Assembly (NCBI GenBank): GCA_964430265.1
Contig: CAYSEI010000003.1
Span: forward strand, 65,070-129,069
Length of the DNA stretch: 64,000 nt
DNA from: an uncultured Pseudomonadales bacterium
GTDB lineage: Bacteria; Patescibacteriota; Microgenomatia; UBA1400; CAYXSR01
Reading direction: 5' to 3'
Shown: in pieces, positions 48,168 through 56,542 of the stretch
Numbering within the stretch: position 1 is the first letter of the stretch
Layout of the letters: every line of letters starts with the position of its first letter
The notes under the pieces: model-generated
What the model saw: only the letters and a program-made list of their open reading frames with translations
Told to the model about the DNA's origin: nothing
The model's database searches: none
Position numbers and translations under genes: made by a program

Positions 48168-48464
48168 ATGGGAAAATATGAACGATATCGTAGTGAACGA
48201 TTATTTAGGGCAAGTTTTTCCCGGGATGGATTTGAAAATGGTTTAGGATTAGCTCATAGAACAGGATTACAGAAAGAGATGATTACCATTCCCAAAAGTG
48301 TTTGGGGGATACAAAGGTCTTCGCCTACTGAAAGTTTAGGCGAGGAGAAAATAATTGAAATGAGAGAAGATGTTGAAGCAATGTTAAAGCTAAGAAGCAA
48401 TGGCCATAATTTGGATGGACTTTATACTATTAAAGATTTTGAAGAAGTAGGAATATTGGAATGA
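48168..48464 (+). CDS. Hypothetical protein
   Basis: Tightly packed in the operon; ATGA overlap with idi. Confidence 0.6.
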   Translation: MGKYERYRSERLFRASFSRDGFENGLGLAHRTGLQKEMITIPKSVWGIQRSSPTESLGEEKIIEMREDVEAMLKLRSNGHNLDGLYTIKDFEEVGILE

Positions 48465-48970
48465 AAGTTGTTGTAGTTAATAAAAATGACAAAGAAATAA
48501 GTTTTTTGGGCAAAATAAAAGCACACAAAAAAGGAAAACTACACCGCGCATTTTCTATTTTTGTGTTTAATGATCAAGGTGAATTATTAATTCAAAAACG
48601 TTCCAAACACAAATTGTTGTGGCCGGAATTTTGGTCAAATACTGTATGTTCACATCCTTTACCAAAAGAAGAAACTATTGATGCCGCACAAAGAAGGCTA
48701 AAGGAAGAATTTGGTTTTTCAACAGAATTAGGGCTGGAGTATAGATTTCAGTATTATGCTGAATATGGTGATGTGGGAATAGAACATGAGCTTTGCCATG
48801 TTCTTATCGGGAATTACAATGGTAAAGTAAAGCCGGACAAAAAAGAAATTGCTGATTATAAATGGATAAATATTAACAAATTAAAACAACAGATTAAAAG
48901 AAGTCCGGATAAGTTTACTCCTTGGTTTAAAAAGGAGTTTAAAGAATTAGTAAAAAGGGGAATAATTTAA
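48461..48970 (+). CDS. idi: Isopentenyl-diphosphate delta-isomerase, type 1
   Basis: LHRAFS, WSNTVCSHP, EHELCH, FTPWF. Confidence 0.95.
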   Translation: MKVVVVNKNDKEISFLGKIKAHKKGKLHRAFSIFVFNDQGELLIQKRSKHKLLWPEFWSNTVCSHPLPKEETIDAAQRRLKEEFGFSTELGLEYRFQYYAEYGDVGIEHELCHVLIGNYNGKVKPDKKEIADYKWININKLKQQIKRSPDKFTPWFKKEFKELVKRGII

Positions 48971-49929
48971 TGGTTAAAGTTTCTGCGCCTGGGAAAATCC
49001 ATTTATCCGGTGAACACAGTGTCGTTTACAAAGAGCCAGCTCTTTTATCAACTCTTAATAAGAGACTGTATATAGAGATACAAGAAAAGGAAAATCAAGG
49101 ATTTATAATTGAAGATTTAGAACAAAAGCTAGAAGAAAAAATTAATTTTCCAGAATTAAAGGAATTTTCAAAAAAAACAGTAGAAGTTTGGAAGAATAAT
49201 GATAGATTAGGATTAGTGAAGGCTAGTATTGTGGAGTTTTTTAAATATTTAAACCAAGAGCCGAAAAAGGGGTTTCAGGTAAAAATTAAATCACAAATTC
49301 CTATTGGAGTAGGATTGGGTTCTTCAGCTGCATTGTCAGTCTCTTTAGCAGGAGCATTTTTAAAATATTATAAAAAATGGTCATTGAGTGAAATAAACAA
49401 GGTAGCCTATTTAATTGAAAAAAGGCAGCATAAAAGTCCTAGTGGTGGTGACAATACTGTATCGACGTATGGTGGATATATTTACTATGTTAAAAATGAA
49501 GAGATACAAAAATTTAATGGAAAGACATTAAAAGATTTTTATATTATAAACTCAGGAAGACCATTGGAATCAACAGGAGAAATGGTGGATTTGGTAAGTA
49601 ACAATTTAAATAAAAAAACTATAAAAAAAATGGGGGAAACTACAGTTGCTTTAAAAAATGCAATTGAGAAAAAAGAATATCAAGAAATAAAAAAGCTAAT
49701 TAAGAGAAATGAAAGATTGTTAGAAGAAATTGGAGTTGTGGGAGAAAGAGCGAAAAGAATAATTAGAGAGATTGAGAAAAATAGAGGTTCTGCTAAAATA
49801 TGCGGAGCTGGAGCGGTAAAGCAAGGATCAGGTATAATATTAGCCTATAAGCCGGATATTGATAGTTTAAATGTGGAATTTGAAAAACTAAAATTAGGGG
49901 TGGAAGGAGTCAGAATTGAAAAAAGTTAA
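48970..49929 (+). CDS. mvk: Mevalonate kinase
   Basis: APGK..L.GEHSVVY, PIGVGLGSSAA, SGGDN, KICGAG. Confidence 0.88.
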   Translation: MVKVSAPGKIHLSGEHSVVYKEPALLSTLNKRLYIEIQEKENQGFIIEDLEQKLEEKINFPELKEFSKKTVEVWKNNDRLGLVKASIVEFFKYLNQEPKKGFQVKIKSQIPIGVGLGSSAALSVSLAGAFLKYYKKWSLSEINKVAYLIEKRQHKSPSGGDNTVSTYGGYIYYVKNEEIQKFNGKTLKDFYIINSGRPLESTGEMVDLVSNNLNKKTIKKMGETTVALKNAIEKKEYQEIKKLIKRNERLLEEIGVVGERAKRIIREIEKNRGSAKICGAGAVKQGSGIILAYKPDIDSLNVEFEKLKLGVEGVRIEKS

Positions 49930-50890
49930 ATGCTCTGCACCAGGTAAATTAATGCTTTTTGGTGAACATGCAGTTGTACACGGAAAGCCTTGCATTGTAA
50001 CTGCGGTTGACCAAAGGATTCATGTAGAGGCAGAAGAGAATGGAAAAGATGAATTGGTTGTAAATGCTCCCCAGTTAGGGATTAAAAACTATCATAAAAC
50101 AGTAAAAGAGCTTTGTAACCAGGAAATGCCTAAACAGGTCAGTTTTATTGAAGCTTTGGTAAAGCGGTTTTATGAAAAATATGGACTTGAAAAAGGTTTA
50201 AATATTACTACCAATTCAGAGTTTTCCCATACATACGGTTTTGGGTCTTCATCAGGAGTAACAATTGCTACTACAAAAGCTTTGTCACTTTTATATGATA
50301 TTCAGCTGTCGGAAAAAGAGATCTTTGACCTTGGGTATCAAGCGGTTCTTGATATCCAAAAAGTCGGCAGCGGATTTGACTTGGCTGCAGCTTTATGGGG
50401 GAAGATTATTTATTACAAAAAAGGTGCAGAAATAGTAGAAAGACTAAGTGTGCATAATCTCCCCCTTGTTGTTTGTTATTCAGGAATTAAAGCAGATACA
50501 CCTACGCTTGTAGAGCAAGTTAATGAATTTAAAAGAAAAAAACCTAAAAAAGTTGCAAACATTTTTAAACAAATGCAGGAAATTGTAGATCTAGCAAAAA
50601 AACTTATACCCCAGAATAAATGGGAGGAGTTAGGTAAACTAATGAATCAAAACCAGGAATTATTGGAAGAATTAGGTGTTTCAACCTACAGATTGGAAAA
50701 CTTGATTAGTGCGGCAAGAGATGCGGATGCATTGGGTGCTAAATTGTCTGGAGCTGGAGGGGGAGATTGTATTATTGCCTTGGTTGAGGAAAATAAAAAG
50801 ATAAAAGTTAAAAAGGAACTGGAAAATGCAGGCGGACAAATAATGGATGTTAAATTAAATTCCAAGGGGGTTAAATGTCAGGAAATATGA
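49916..50890 (+). CDS. Phosphomevalonate kinase (GHMP family)
   Basis: APGKLMLFGEH, GFGSS, GSGFDLAA, KLSGAGGGDC. Confidence 0.75.
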   Translation: MKKVKCSAPGKLMLFGEHAVVHGKPCIVTAVDQRIHVEAEENGKDELVVNAPQLGIKNYHKTVKELCNQEMPKQVSFIEALVKRFYEKYGLEKGLNITTNSEFSHTYGFGSSSGVTIATTKALSLLYDIQLSEKEIFDLGYQAVLDIQKVGSGFDLAAALWGKIIYYKKGAEIVERLSVHNLPLVVCYSGIKADTPTLVEQVNEFKRKKPKKVANIFKQMQEIVDLAKKLIPQNKWEELGKLMNQNQELLEELGVSTYRLENLISAARDADALGAKLSGAGGGDCIIALVEENKKIKVKKELENAGGQIMDVKLNSKGVKCQEI

Positions 50891-51870
50891 AAGCCAGCTG
50901 CAAGTCTCCGGCAAACATTGCTTTTATAAAATATTGGGGAAAGACTGATCCTGAAACACGTGTGCCGCAGAACAATTCCATTTCAATGTGTTTGTCTAAT
51001 CTTTACAGTATATGTACTGTAAAATTTGATGAAAAATATGCTGAAGACGAAGTCCAATTTTTAAATGAAAAAGTAGTTAAGGATAGGGAAATTAAAAGAA
51101 TAATTGAAACTTTGGATCGGGTGAGGAATAAAGCAGGGATAAGTTATAAAGCAAAAGTAGTAACTAAAAACAACTTTCCCAAAGCAACTGGGATTGCTTC
51201 TTCAGCTTCCGGACTGTCTTCTTTAACTGTGGCTGCGGCAAAAGCAGCTGGATTAGATTTGAATAAAAAAGAGATGTCGAAGCTGGCAAGACTGGCTTCA
51301 GGTACTGCTTGTAGGTCAATACCGGATGGTTTTGTGGAATGGGAAAAAGGAACGTGTAAAAAAGACTCATATGCAAAACAAATATATCCCACCGATTACT
51401 GGGATATAGTGGATATTGTAGCTATTGTGACTAAGAAAATGAAAAAAATTTCCTCAACCAATGGCCACAGTATGGCGGATACCAGCCCTTTTCAAGAAAC
51501 AAGAATTAAAAATATGCCAGAAAAAATTAAAAGATTTAAAAAAACACTTGAAAAAAAGGATTTTTATGAATTTGGCAATATTTTGGAAAAAGAAAGTTTA
51601 AATATGCATGCAATCTGTTTAACCAGTAAGCCGCCGATCCTTTATTGGGAAGCAACAACCATGACAATAATGCGTAAAGTTCGGGAGTGGCGTTCAAAGG
51701 GTTTGCCTGTGTATTTTACAATTGATGCTGGTCCAAGTGTGCACATAATTTGTAAAGGTAAAAGTGCGGAAATTGTGCAGGAAAAGCTGAAAAAAATAAA
51801 AGGGATTGACAGGATTTCTCTTAACAGGTCTGCAAAAGGGGCAAAAATAATAAAAAAACATTTGTTTTAA
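50887..51870 (+). CDS. mvaD: Diphosphomevalonate decarboxylase
   Basis: NIAFIKYWGK, GIASSASG, SGTACRS, FTIDAGP; ATGA overlap at 50887. Confidence 0.96.
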   Translation: MKASCKSPANIAFIKYWGKTDPETRVPQNNSISMCLSNLYSICTVKFDEKYAEDEVQFLNEKVVKDREIKRIIETLDRVRNKAGISYKAKVVTKNNFPKATGIASSASGLSSLTVAAAKAAGLDLNKKEMSKLARLASGTACRSIPDGFVEWEKGTCKKDSYAKQIYPTDYWDIVDIVAIVTKKMKKISSTNGHSMADTSPFQETRIKNMPEKIKRFKKTLEKKDFYEFGNILEKESLNMHAICLTSKPPILYWEATTMTIMRKVREWRSKGLPVYFTIDAGPSVHIICKGKSAEIVQEKLKKIKGIDRISLNRSAKGAKIIKKHLF

Positions 51871-51885
51871 GGAGTTGCGGTAATA

Positions 51886-52584
51886 ATGCAGAAATTATGC
51901 GGTAATAAACTACCTAAACACGTTGCTTTTATAGTTGATGGCAACCGTCGCTGGGCAAAAAAGAATAATCTTTCAAGTATGGCTGGACATCGTCATGCAA
52001 TGTACAATGTTTTGGATCCAATTGCTTTTCATTGCATAAAGTTAGGTATTCCATATTTAACTTACTGGGTTTTTTCCACGGAAAATTGGAAAAGAGGCAA
52101 AAGGTTTTACAATGCGCTTTTTAAGCTTTTGGAAGAAGGGTTAAACAAGGGTTTTGAAAAATATGACAAGGCAGGCATCCGTTTAAATACTATTGGCAAC
52201 TTAAGTGAAATCCCTTCCCATTTGGCAAAGAAAATAAAGGAGTGGGAGGAATTAAGTAAAAATAACAAAAATTTAACAGTTACTATTGCTTTAAATTACG
52301 GTGGTAGAGAGGAAATAGTTCGAGCAGTAAACAAATACAACGAGCAGGAAAAAAGAAAATTAAATGAAGAAAAATTCCCTCAGTATTTAGATACCGCAGA
52401 CTTGCCGGATCCGGATTTAATTATTCGTACTGGAGGAGAAAAAAGACTTTCCGGCTTTTTATTATGGCAGTGCCAGTACTCGGAGCTTTATTTTACTGAC
52501 ACATTAATGCCGGATTTCAGTATAGAAAAATTTGAAAAAGCTTTAAAAGATTTTTGTCAAAGGCAGAGGCGCTTTGGAAAATAA
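51886..52584 (+). CDS. uppS: Undecaprenyl diphosphate synthase (cis-prenyltransferase)
   Basis: HVAFIVDGNRRW, FSTENW, NYGGR, RTGGEKRLSGF. Confidence 0.96.
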   Translation: MQKLCGNKLPKHVAFIVDGNRRWAKKNNLSSMAGHRHAMYNVLDPIAFHCIKLGIPYLTYWVFSTENWKRGKRFYNALFKLLEEGLNKGFEKYDKAGIRLNTIGNLSEIPSHLAKKIKEWEELSKNNKNLTVTIALNYGGREEIVRAVNKYNEQEKRKLNEEKFPQYLDTADLPDPDLIIRTGGEKRLSGFLLWQCQYSELYFTDTLMPDFSIEKFEKALKDFCQRQRRFGK

Positions 52585-52902
52585 TTAGATACCTAGCATG
52601 GCTTTAACAATTTGGTAGATCCAAAAAGAAAGAAAAACAACTCCAAAACCAATAGCTCCATTTGTCAAGCTTTTTTTAGCATTAGCCATTGTTTCTTCAT
52701 TACCAGCAGAAGTCATTAATTGAAAGCCACTGCCTAAAATGATAAAAAGAAGAATTAAGCCAGCGATTACAAAAACATAGTCTAAAGCAGAAGTAATAAC
52801 TGTTCCTAAAGTTGCATCTGGACCACTAAATTTAAAACCGCTTGGATCATTTACGTGTCCTGAGCCGGTTAGTCCTGGCAAAGACAGCCATAATAACATC
52901 AT
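52585..52902 (-). CDS. T4SS pilin (VirB2/TrbC-like)
   Basis: SGFQLMTSAGNEE...AKKSLT.G.IG. Confidence 0.8.
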   Translation of the reverse strand: MMLLWLSLPGLTGSGHVNDPSGFKFSGPDATLGTVITSALDYVFVIAGLILLFIILGSGFQLMTSAGNEETMANAKKSLTNGAIGFGVVFLSFWIYQIVKAMLGI

Positions 52903-52903
52903 T

Positions 52904-53755
52904 TTATAACCCCCATCCTGGTATTTTTAATATTCTGTACCCGATTAATTCTAGTATAAAAACAGAGAAGATAATAAACAAAAGGCCGGCACCAGCAGAA
53001 ACTAAAATGTTTTTACCTTCTTGTAATTTTTCCGGATCCCCGGAGCTAGTCATTACTTGGAAAGCTCCCCAAATCATAATTAAAAAAGCTATACCGCCGC
53101 CAATTGAGATTGCTTTGTTTAAAAACCAGCGGATAAAAATTGTGGATTGGGTGGGAACACATCCAAGAACAGTTTCAATACCTTCAAAATAGTCATTAGG
53201 ATTACTTCCTACAGGAATTCTGCAATCATTAGGTTCATAAAAAGTTTTTGTGTTGTCATTGGTATTAGAGGGATCTTGACACCTAAATACTCCTGCTTGA
53301 ATTTCTGTACATACTTGAGATCCAGGGCATGTACATACACCTCCGCCGCAGTTGTCATTAGGGCCACATTCGTCAGTTGCGCTTTCCTCACATGTTCCAA
53401 TGAAATATCCGGAAGCTGTGCATGTATTAGGACAGTTTCCTGGAAAATGAGAACCATCACATTTATCATCGTAATATTCACAAAAACTACCTTGTTGAGT
53501 ACAGATATATTCGTTGGTGGAAAAATCAACAAGTTGGCATTCGCGAGGATCTATTGTGCACTCAGTTATATCTAATCCAGAACAGTCACCAGGAATAAAT
53601 CCGCTTTCGCAGTTATTGCTACCGGATAACTCACATTGTCCGGGTGGTTGCCATACACATTGATATGTCCCTTGTGAATAGACACCCCTTGTAAAAAATA
53701 AAAAAAAGTTACAGAACAAAAAAAGGTTTAATATTAATTTTAATTTTTTCTTCAT
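52904..53755 (-). CDS. Pilin with Cys-rich N-terminal head
   Basis: Signal peptide VYS|Q; 20 Cys in the mature chain; C-terminal TSSGDPEKLQEGK pilin domain. Confidence 0.85.
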   Translation of the reverse strand: MKKKLKLILNLFLFCNFFLFFTRGVYSQGTYQCVWQPPGQCELSGSNNCESGFIPGDCSGLDITECTIDPRECQLVDFSTNEYICTQQGSFCEYYDDKCDGSHFPGNCPNTCTASGYFIGTCEESATDECGPNDNCGGGVCTCPGSQVCTEIQAGVFRCQDPSNTNDNTKTFYEPNDCRIPVGSNPNDYFEGIETVLGCVPTQSTIFIRWFLNKAISIGGGIAFLIMIWGAFQVMTSSGDPEKLQEGKNILVSAGAGLLFIIFSVFILELIGYRILKIPGWGL

Positions 53756-53810
53756 TAGTTCAATATTTTATCAAAAAAAATTTAAAATAGTAAATGATAT
53801 AATGGTGAGG

Positions 53811-55517
53811 ATGAAAAAACTGCTCAAATTTTCTATTTCTATTTTTGTGGTTTTAAGCGTATTTTCTGCTGCTGTTTTACCGGCCAAAGGATATGATGAA
53901 ATTGAAAAGCTGCAAAAAGAGATTGAAGAACTGGAAAAAGCAAAAAAAATGAGTGAAGAGGCAACTGAGCCTTTGGAAGCAGAGCTTGTGAGATTACAGC
54001 AAAAACTACAAAATATCCAAGCGGGAATTGCACAAGCGGAAAATGATTTGAATAAGTTGGAGCAGAGTATAAATACACGGGAAAAAGAGTTTGAGGATCA
54101 GTATGTTATTTTAGCTGAAAGAGCTTCACGATATTATAAGTCTTTACGTATGCCGTCACGGATGATGTTTTTATTGTCTTCGGAAACAGCTTCTTCTTTA
54201 ACCAAGAATATTGCTTACAAAAACGCAGTCACCCAGGAGGATAAAAAAATTATTTCACAAATCAGCAAAGATCTTTTAAAGCTGGAAGAAGATAAGCTTA
54301 AGCTTGAGCAGCAAACAAAGCAACTGGCTTCTTTAAAAGCAAAAACTGATAATCAAGCAGCATTTTTTCAAAAAGAAATTGCTGGTGCAAAAGATTATCA
54401 AGAAGATTTAAGTCAAAAAATAGAGGAGCTTACCGAAAAACAAAAGGAAATTTTGGCAGCCAGATCAGGAACTTTTACTACGAGTGTAGGTAATGTGCCT
54501 GACAGCAGTATTCCTTGTTCTGGTCCTCCAGGAACTCCATCATATTGTGATCCGGGCGGTGGAACCTGGTTTGCTGCTTTTTCTTTTGGCGCTTGGACTC
54601 ACAGAAAAGGAATGAGTCAGTACGGAGCCAAAGCAAGGGCGGAATCTGGCCAGAATTACAAAGATATATTAAAAGCTTATTATGGAAAAGAGCCGGTAAG
54701 CAAAGATACAGGTGGAAATATTTCCGTACAGGGATTTGGGGACTTGAATTTTGAAGATTACTATTTAATGGGAATTGCAGAAATGCCTTCAAGTTGGCCG
54801 GAAGATGCTTTAAAAGCACAAGCAATAGCAGCCAGAACATATGCTTACCGCTATAAAAAGGAAGGCAGTGCAATTTGTACCACCCAAAGTTGCCAGGTGT
54901 TTAATAATGGCAAAGCTGCCAGCCCGCCGGAAAAATGGAAAAAGGCAGTCCAGGATACAAAAGGACAAATAATAGAGGATGTAACCACTTTTTATTCTTC
55001 TACTTCGGGAGGATATTTAACCACACATACTGGCTGGGATACCAAGTGTGGGAGCAAAGATTGCTGGCCGGATGATGCCTGGGAAGTTGAAGCAAATTCT
55101 CCCTGGTTTTATAGTGCCTGGTACACTGATACGTATAATCCAAATTCTGCTAAATGCGGCAGAGGTAATCCTTGGCTGAACTCAGAAGAAATGGCAGATA
55201 TTTTAAATGCTTGGAAAGTTTTGCAAAAAGAGAATGATGAAAGAATCTTGCCGGTGACAATTAATGAATGTCCGATTGGCGGTAACACTGGGAATCCGTA
55301 TTCAATGGAAGAGTTGCGCAGTAAAGGAGGCGGTTATTCCAGTATTTCTTCTGTAAGTGTAAGTTACAGTAATGGTGGAGAAACAGGTTCAATCTCATTT
55401 CAGACAGATAAAGGATCAGTAACAGTTTCTGGTTCAGAATTTAAAAAGGCGTTTAATTTACGTGCACCCGGATATATTGCAATCCGCAGTCCCTTGTTTA
55501 ATATTGAGAAAAAATGA
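53811..55517 (+). CDS. SpoIID/LytB-domain peptidoglycan hydrolase with N-terminal coiled coil
   Basis: Signal peptide, coiled coil, H..GMSQYGA, EMPSSW..ALKAQAIAARTY, CQV. Confidence 0.88.
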   Translation: MKKLLKFSISIFVVLSVFSAAVLPAKGYDEIEKLQKEIEELEKAKKMSEEATEPLEAELVRLQQKLQNIQAGIAQAENDLNKLEQSINTREKEFEDQYVILAERASRYYKSLRMPSRMMFLLSSETASSLTKNIAYKNAVTQEDKKIISQISKDLLKLEEDKLKLEQQTKQLASLKAKTDNQAAFFQKEIAGAKDYQEDLSQKIEELTEKQKEILAARSGTFTTSVGNVPDSSIPCSGPPGTPSYCDPGGGTWFAAFSFGAWTHRKGMSQYGAKARAESGQNYKDILKAYYGKEPVSKDTGGNISVQGFGDLNFEDYYLMGIAEMPSSWPEDALKAQAIAARTYAYRYKKEGSAICTTQSCQVFNNGKAASPPEKWKKAVQDTKGQIIEDVTTFYSSTSGGYLTTHTGWDTKCGSKDCWPDDAWEVEANSPWFYSAWYTDTYNPNSAKCGRGNPWLNSEEMADILNAWKVLQKENDERILPVTINECPIGGNTGNPYSMEELRSKGGGYSSISSVSVSYSNGGETGSISFQTDKGSVTVSGSEFKKAFNLRAPGYIAIRSPLFNIEKK

Positions 55518-55532
55518 TAAAATAAGGCTCAA

Positions 55533-56312
55533 ATGCCGGATATTTACGTTGCCTCTGAAGAAAAAAACAAAGAAAATAAGAATGAAACTGTTCAGAAAGA
55601 GGATAATCAAGTGGTTTCCAAAGAAAAAGAAGATAAAAAAAACAAAAAAGAAAATCAGAAAAACGATCATACAAAGACAAGTATAAAAAGGGAAGCAAAA
55701 GAGATTAAAAAAAAGGTTAAACAAGTTATTGAAGAAGTTGGAGAGAAAAAAACACATGAAGGATTGACTGCTTTTGCTGTCTGGCCGGATAAAGTTCGTT
55801 TTGAAACCCAGGAAAGCAAGGAAGAAATAATCCTTTTATTAAGGCGGCACATAATAACTAACGTTGCCTGGATTTTAACAGCTGTTTTTATGTTTTTTGT
55901 ACCGTTTTTTTTACGCTTTATACCGGTTCTTGATTTTCTGCCTTTTAGGTTTCAATTTATTATTGTCTTAATGTGGTATTTGATTATTCTAGCTTTTATT
56001 TTTGAAAAGTTTCTTTCCTGGTATTTTAATGTTTTTATTGTTACTGATGAAAGAATAATTGATGTAGATTTTCTCAGTTTGGTTTACAAGGAAATTACCG
56101 AAAGCAAAATCGATAGAATTCAGGATGTAACTTTAACAATGGGAGGAATTTGCTGTTCAATATTTAATTACGGAACTGTGTATATTCAAACAGCAGGGGA
56201 CGTACCAAAAATTGAATTTGAACAAGTGCCTAAGCCGCAAAAAGTTGTAAAAATTCTAAATCAACTGCAGATTCAAGAAGAACAGGAACAAATTGAAGGA
56301 AGGGTAAGATAA
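55533..56312 (+). CDS. Membrane protein with bacterial PH (bPH_2) domain
   Basis: LRRH, two TMs, IVTDERIID, IQDV, NYGTVYIQTAG. Confidence 0.8.
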   Translation: MPDIYVASEEKNKENKNETVQKEDNQVVSKEKEDKKNKKENQKNDHTKTSIKREAKEIKKKVKQVIEEVGEKKTHEGLTAFAVWPDKVRFETQESKEEIILLLRRHIITNVAWILTAVFMFFVPFFLRFIPVLDFLPFRFQFIIVLMWYLIILAFIFEKFLSWYFNVFIVTDERIIDVDFLSLVYKEITESKIDRIQDVTLTMGGICCSIFNYGTVYIQTAGDVPKIEFEQVPKPQKVVKILNQLQIQEEQEQIEGRVR

Positions 56313-56542
56313 TGGAAGATTTTTTATATGAAGCAATCGGAATCTCAATTTGGTCTGTGGCAAAGTTTGCTGTAGTTTTTGCGTTGTTTGTTTATGTTCT
56401 TTTTGCAGTGATAGTGGTACGTCAAGTTAAACTGATGGGAAAGACATTAAACGGTAATTTAAACCTGCCGTTGAAGGTTATTTCTTGGATCCATTTATTA
56501 TTGGCACTTTTGGTGGTGTTTTTGGCTTTTGTAATTTTATGA
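56312..56542 (+). CDS. Small two-TM protein (DUF5657-like)
   Basis: Y.LFA.IVVRQV.LM...L pattern; coupled stop/start codons. Confidence 0.6.
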   Translation: MEDFLYEAIGISIWSVAKFAVVFALFVYVLFAVIVVRQVKLMGKTLNGNLNLPLKVISWIHLLLALLVVFLAFVIL

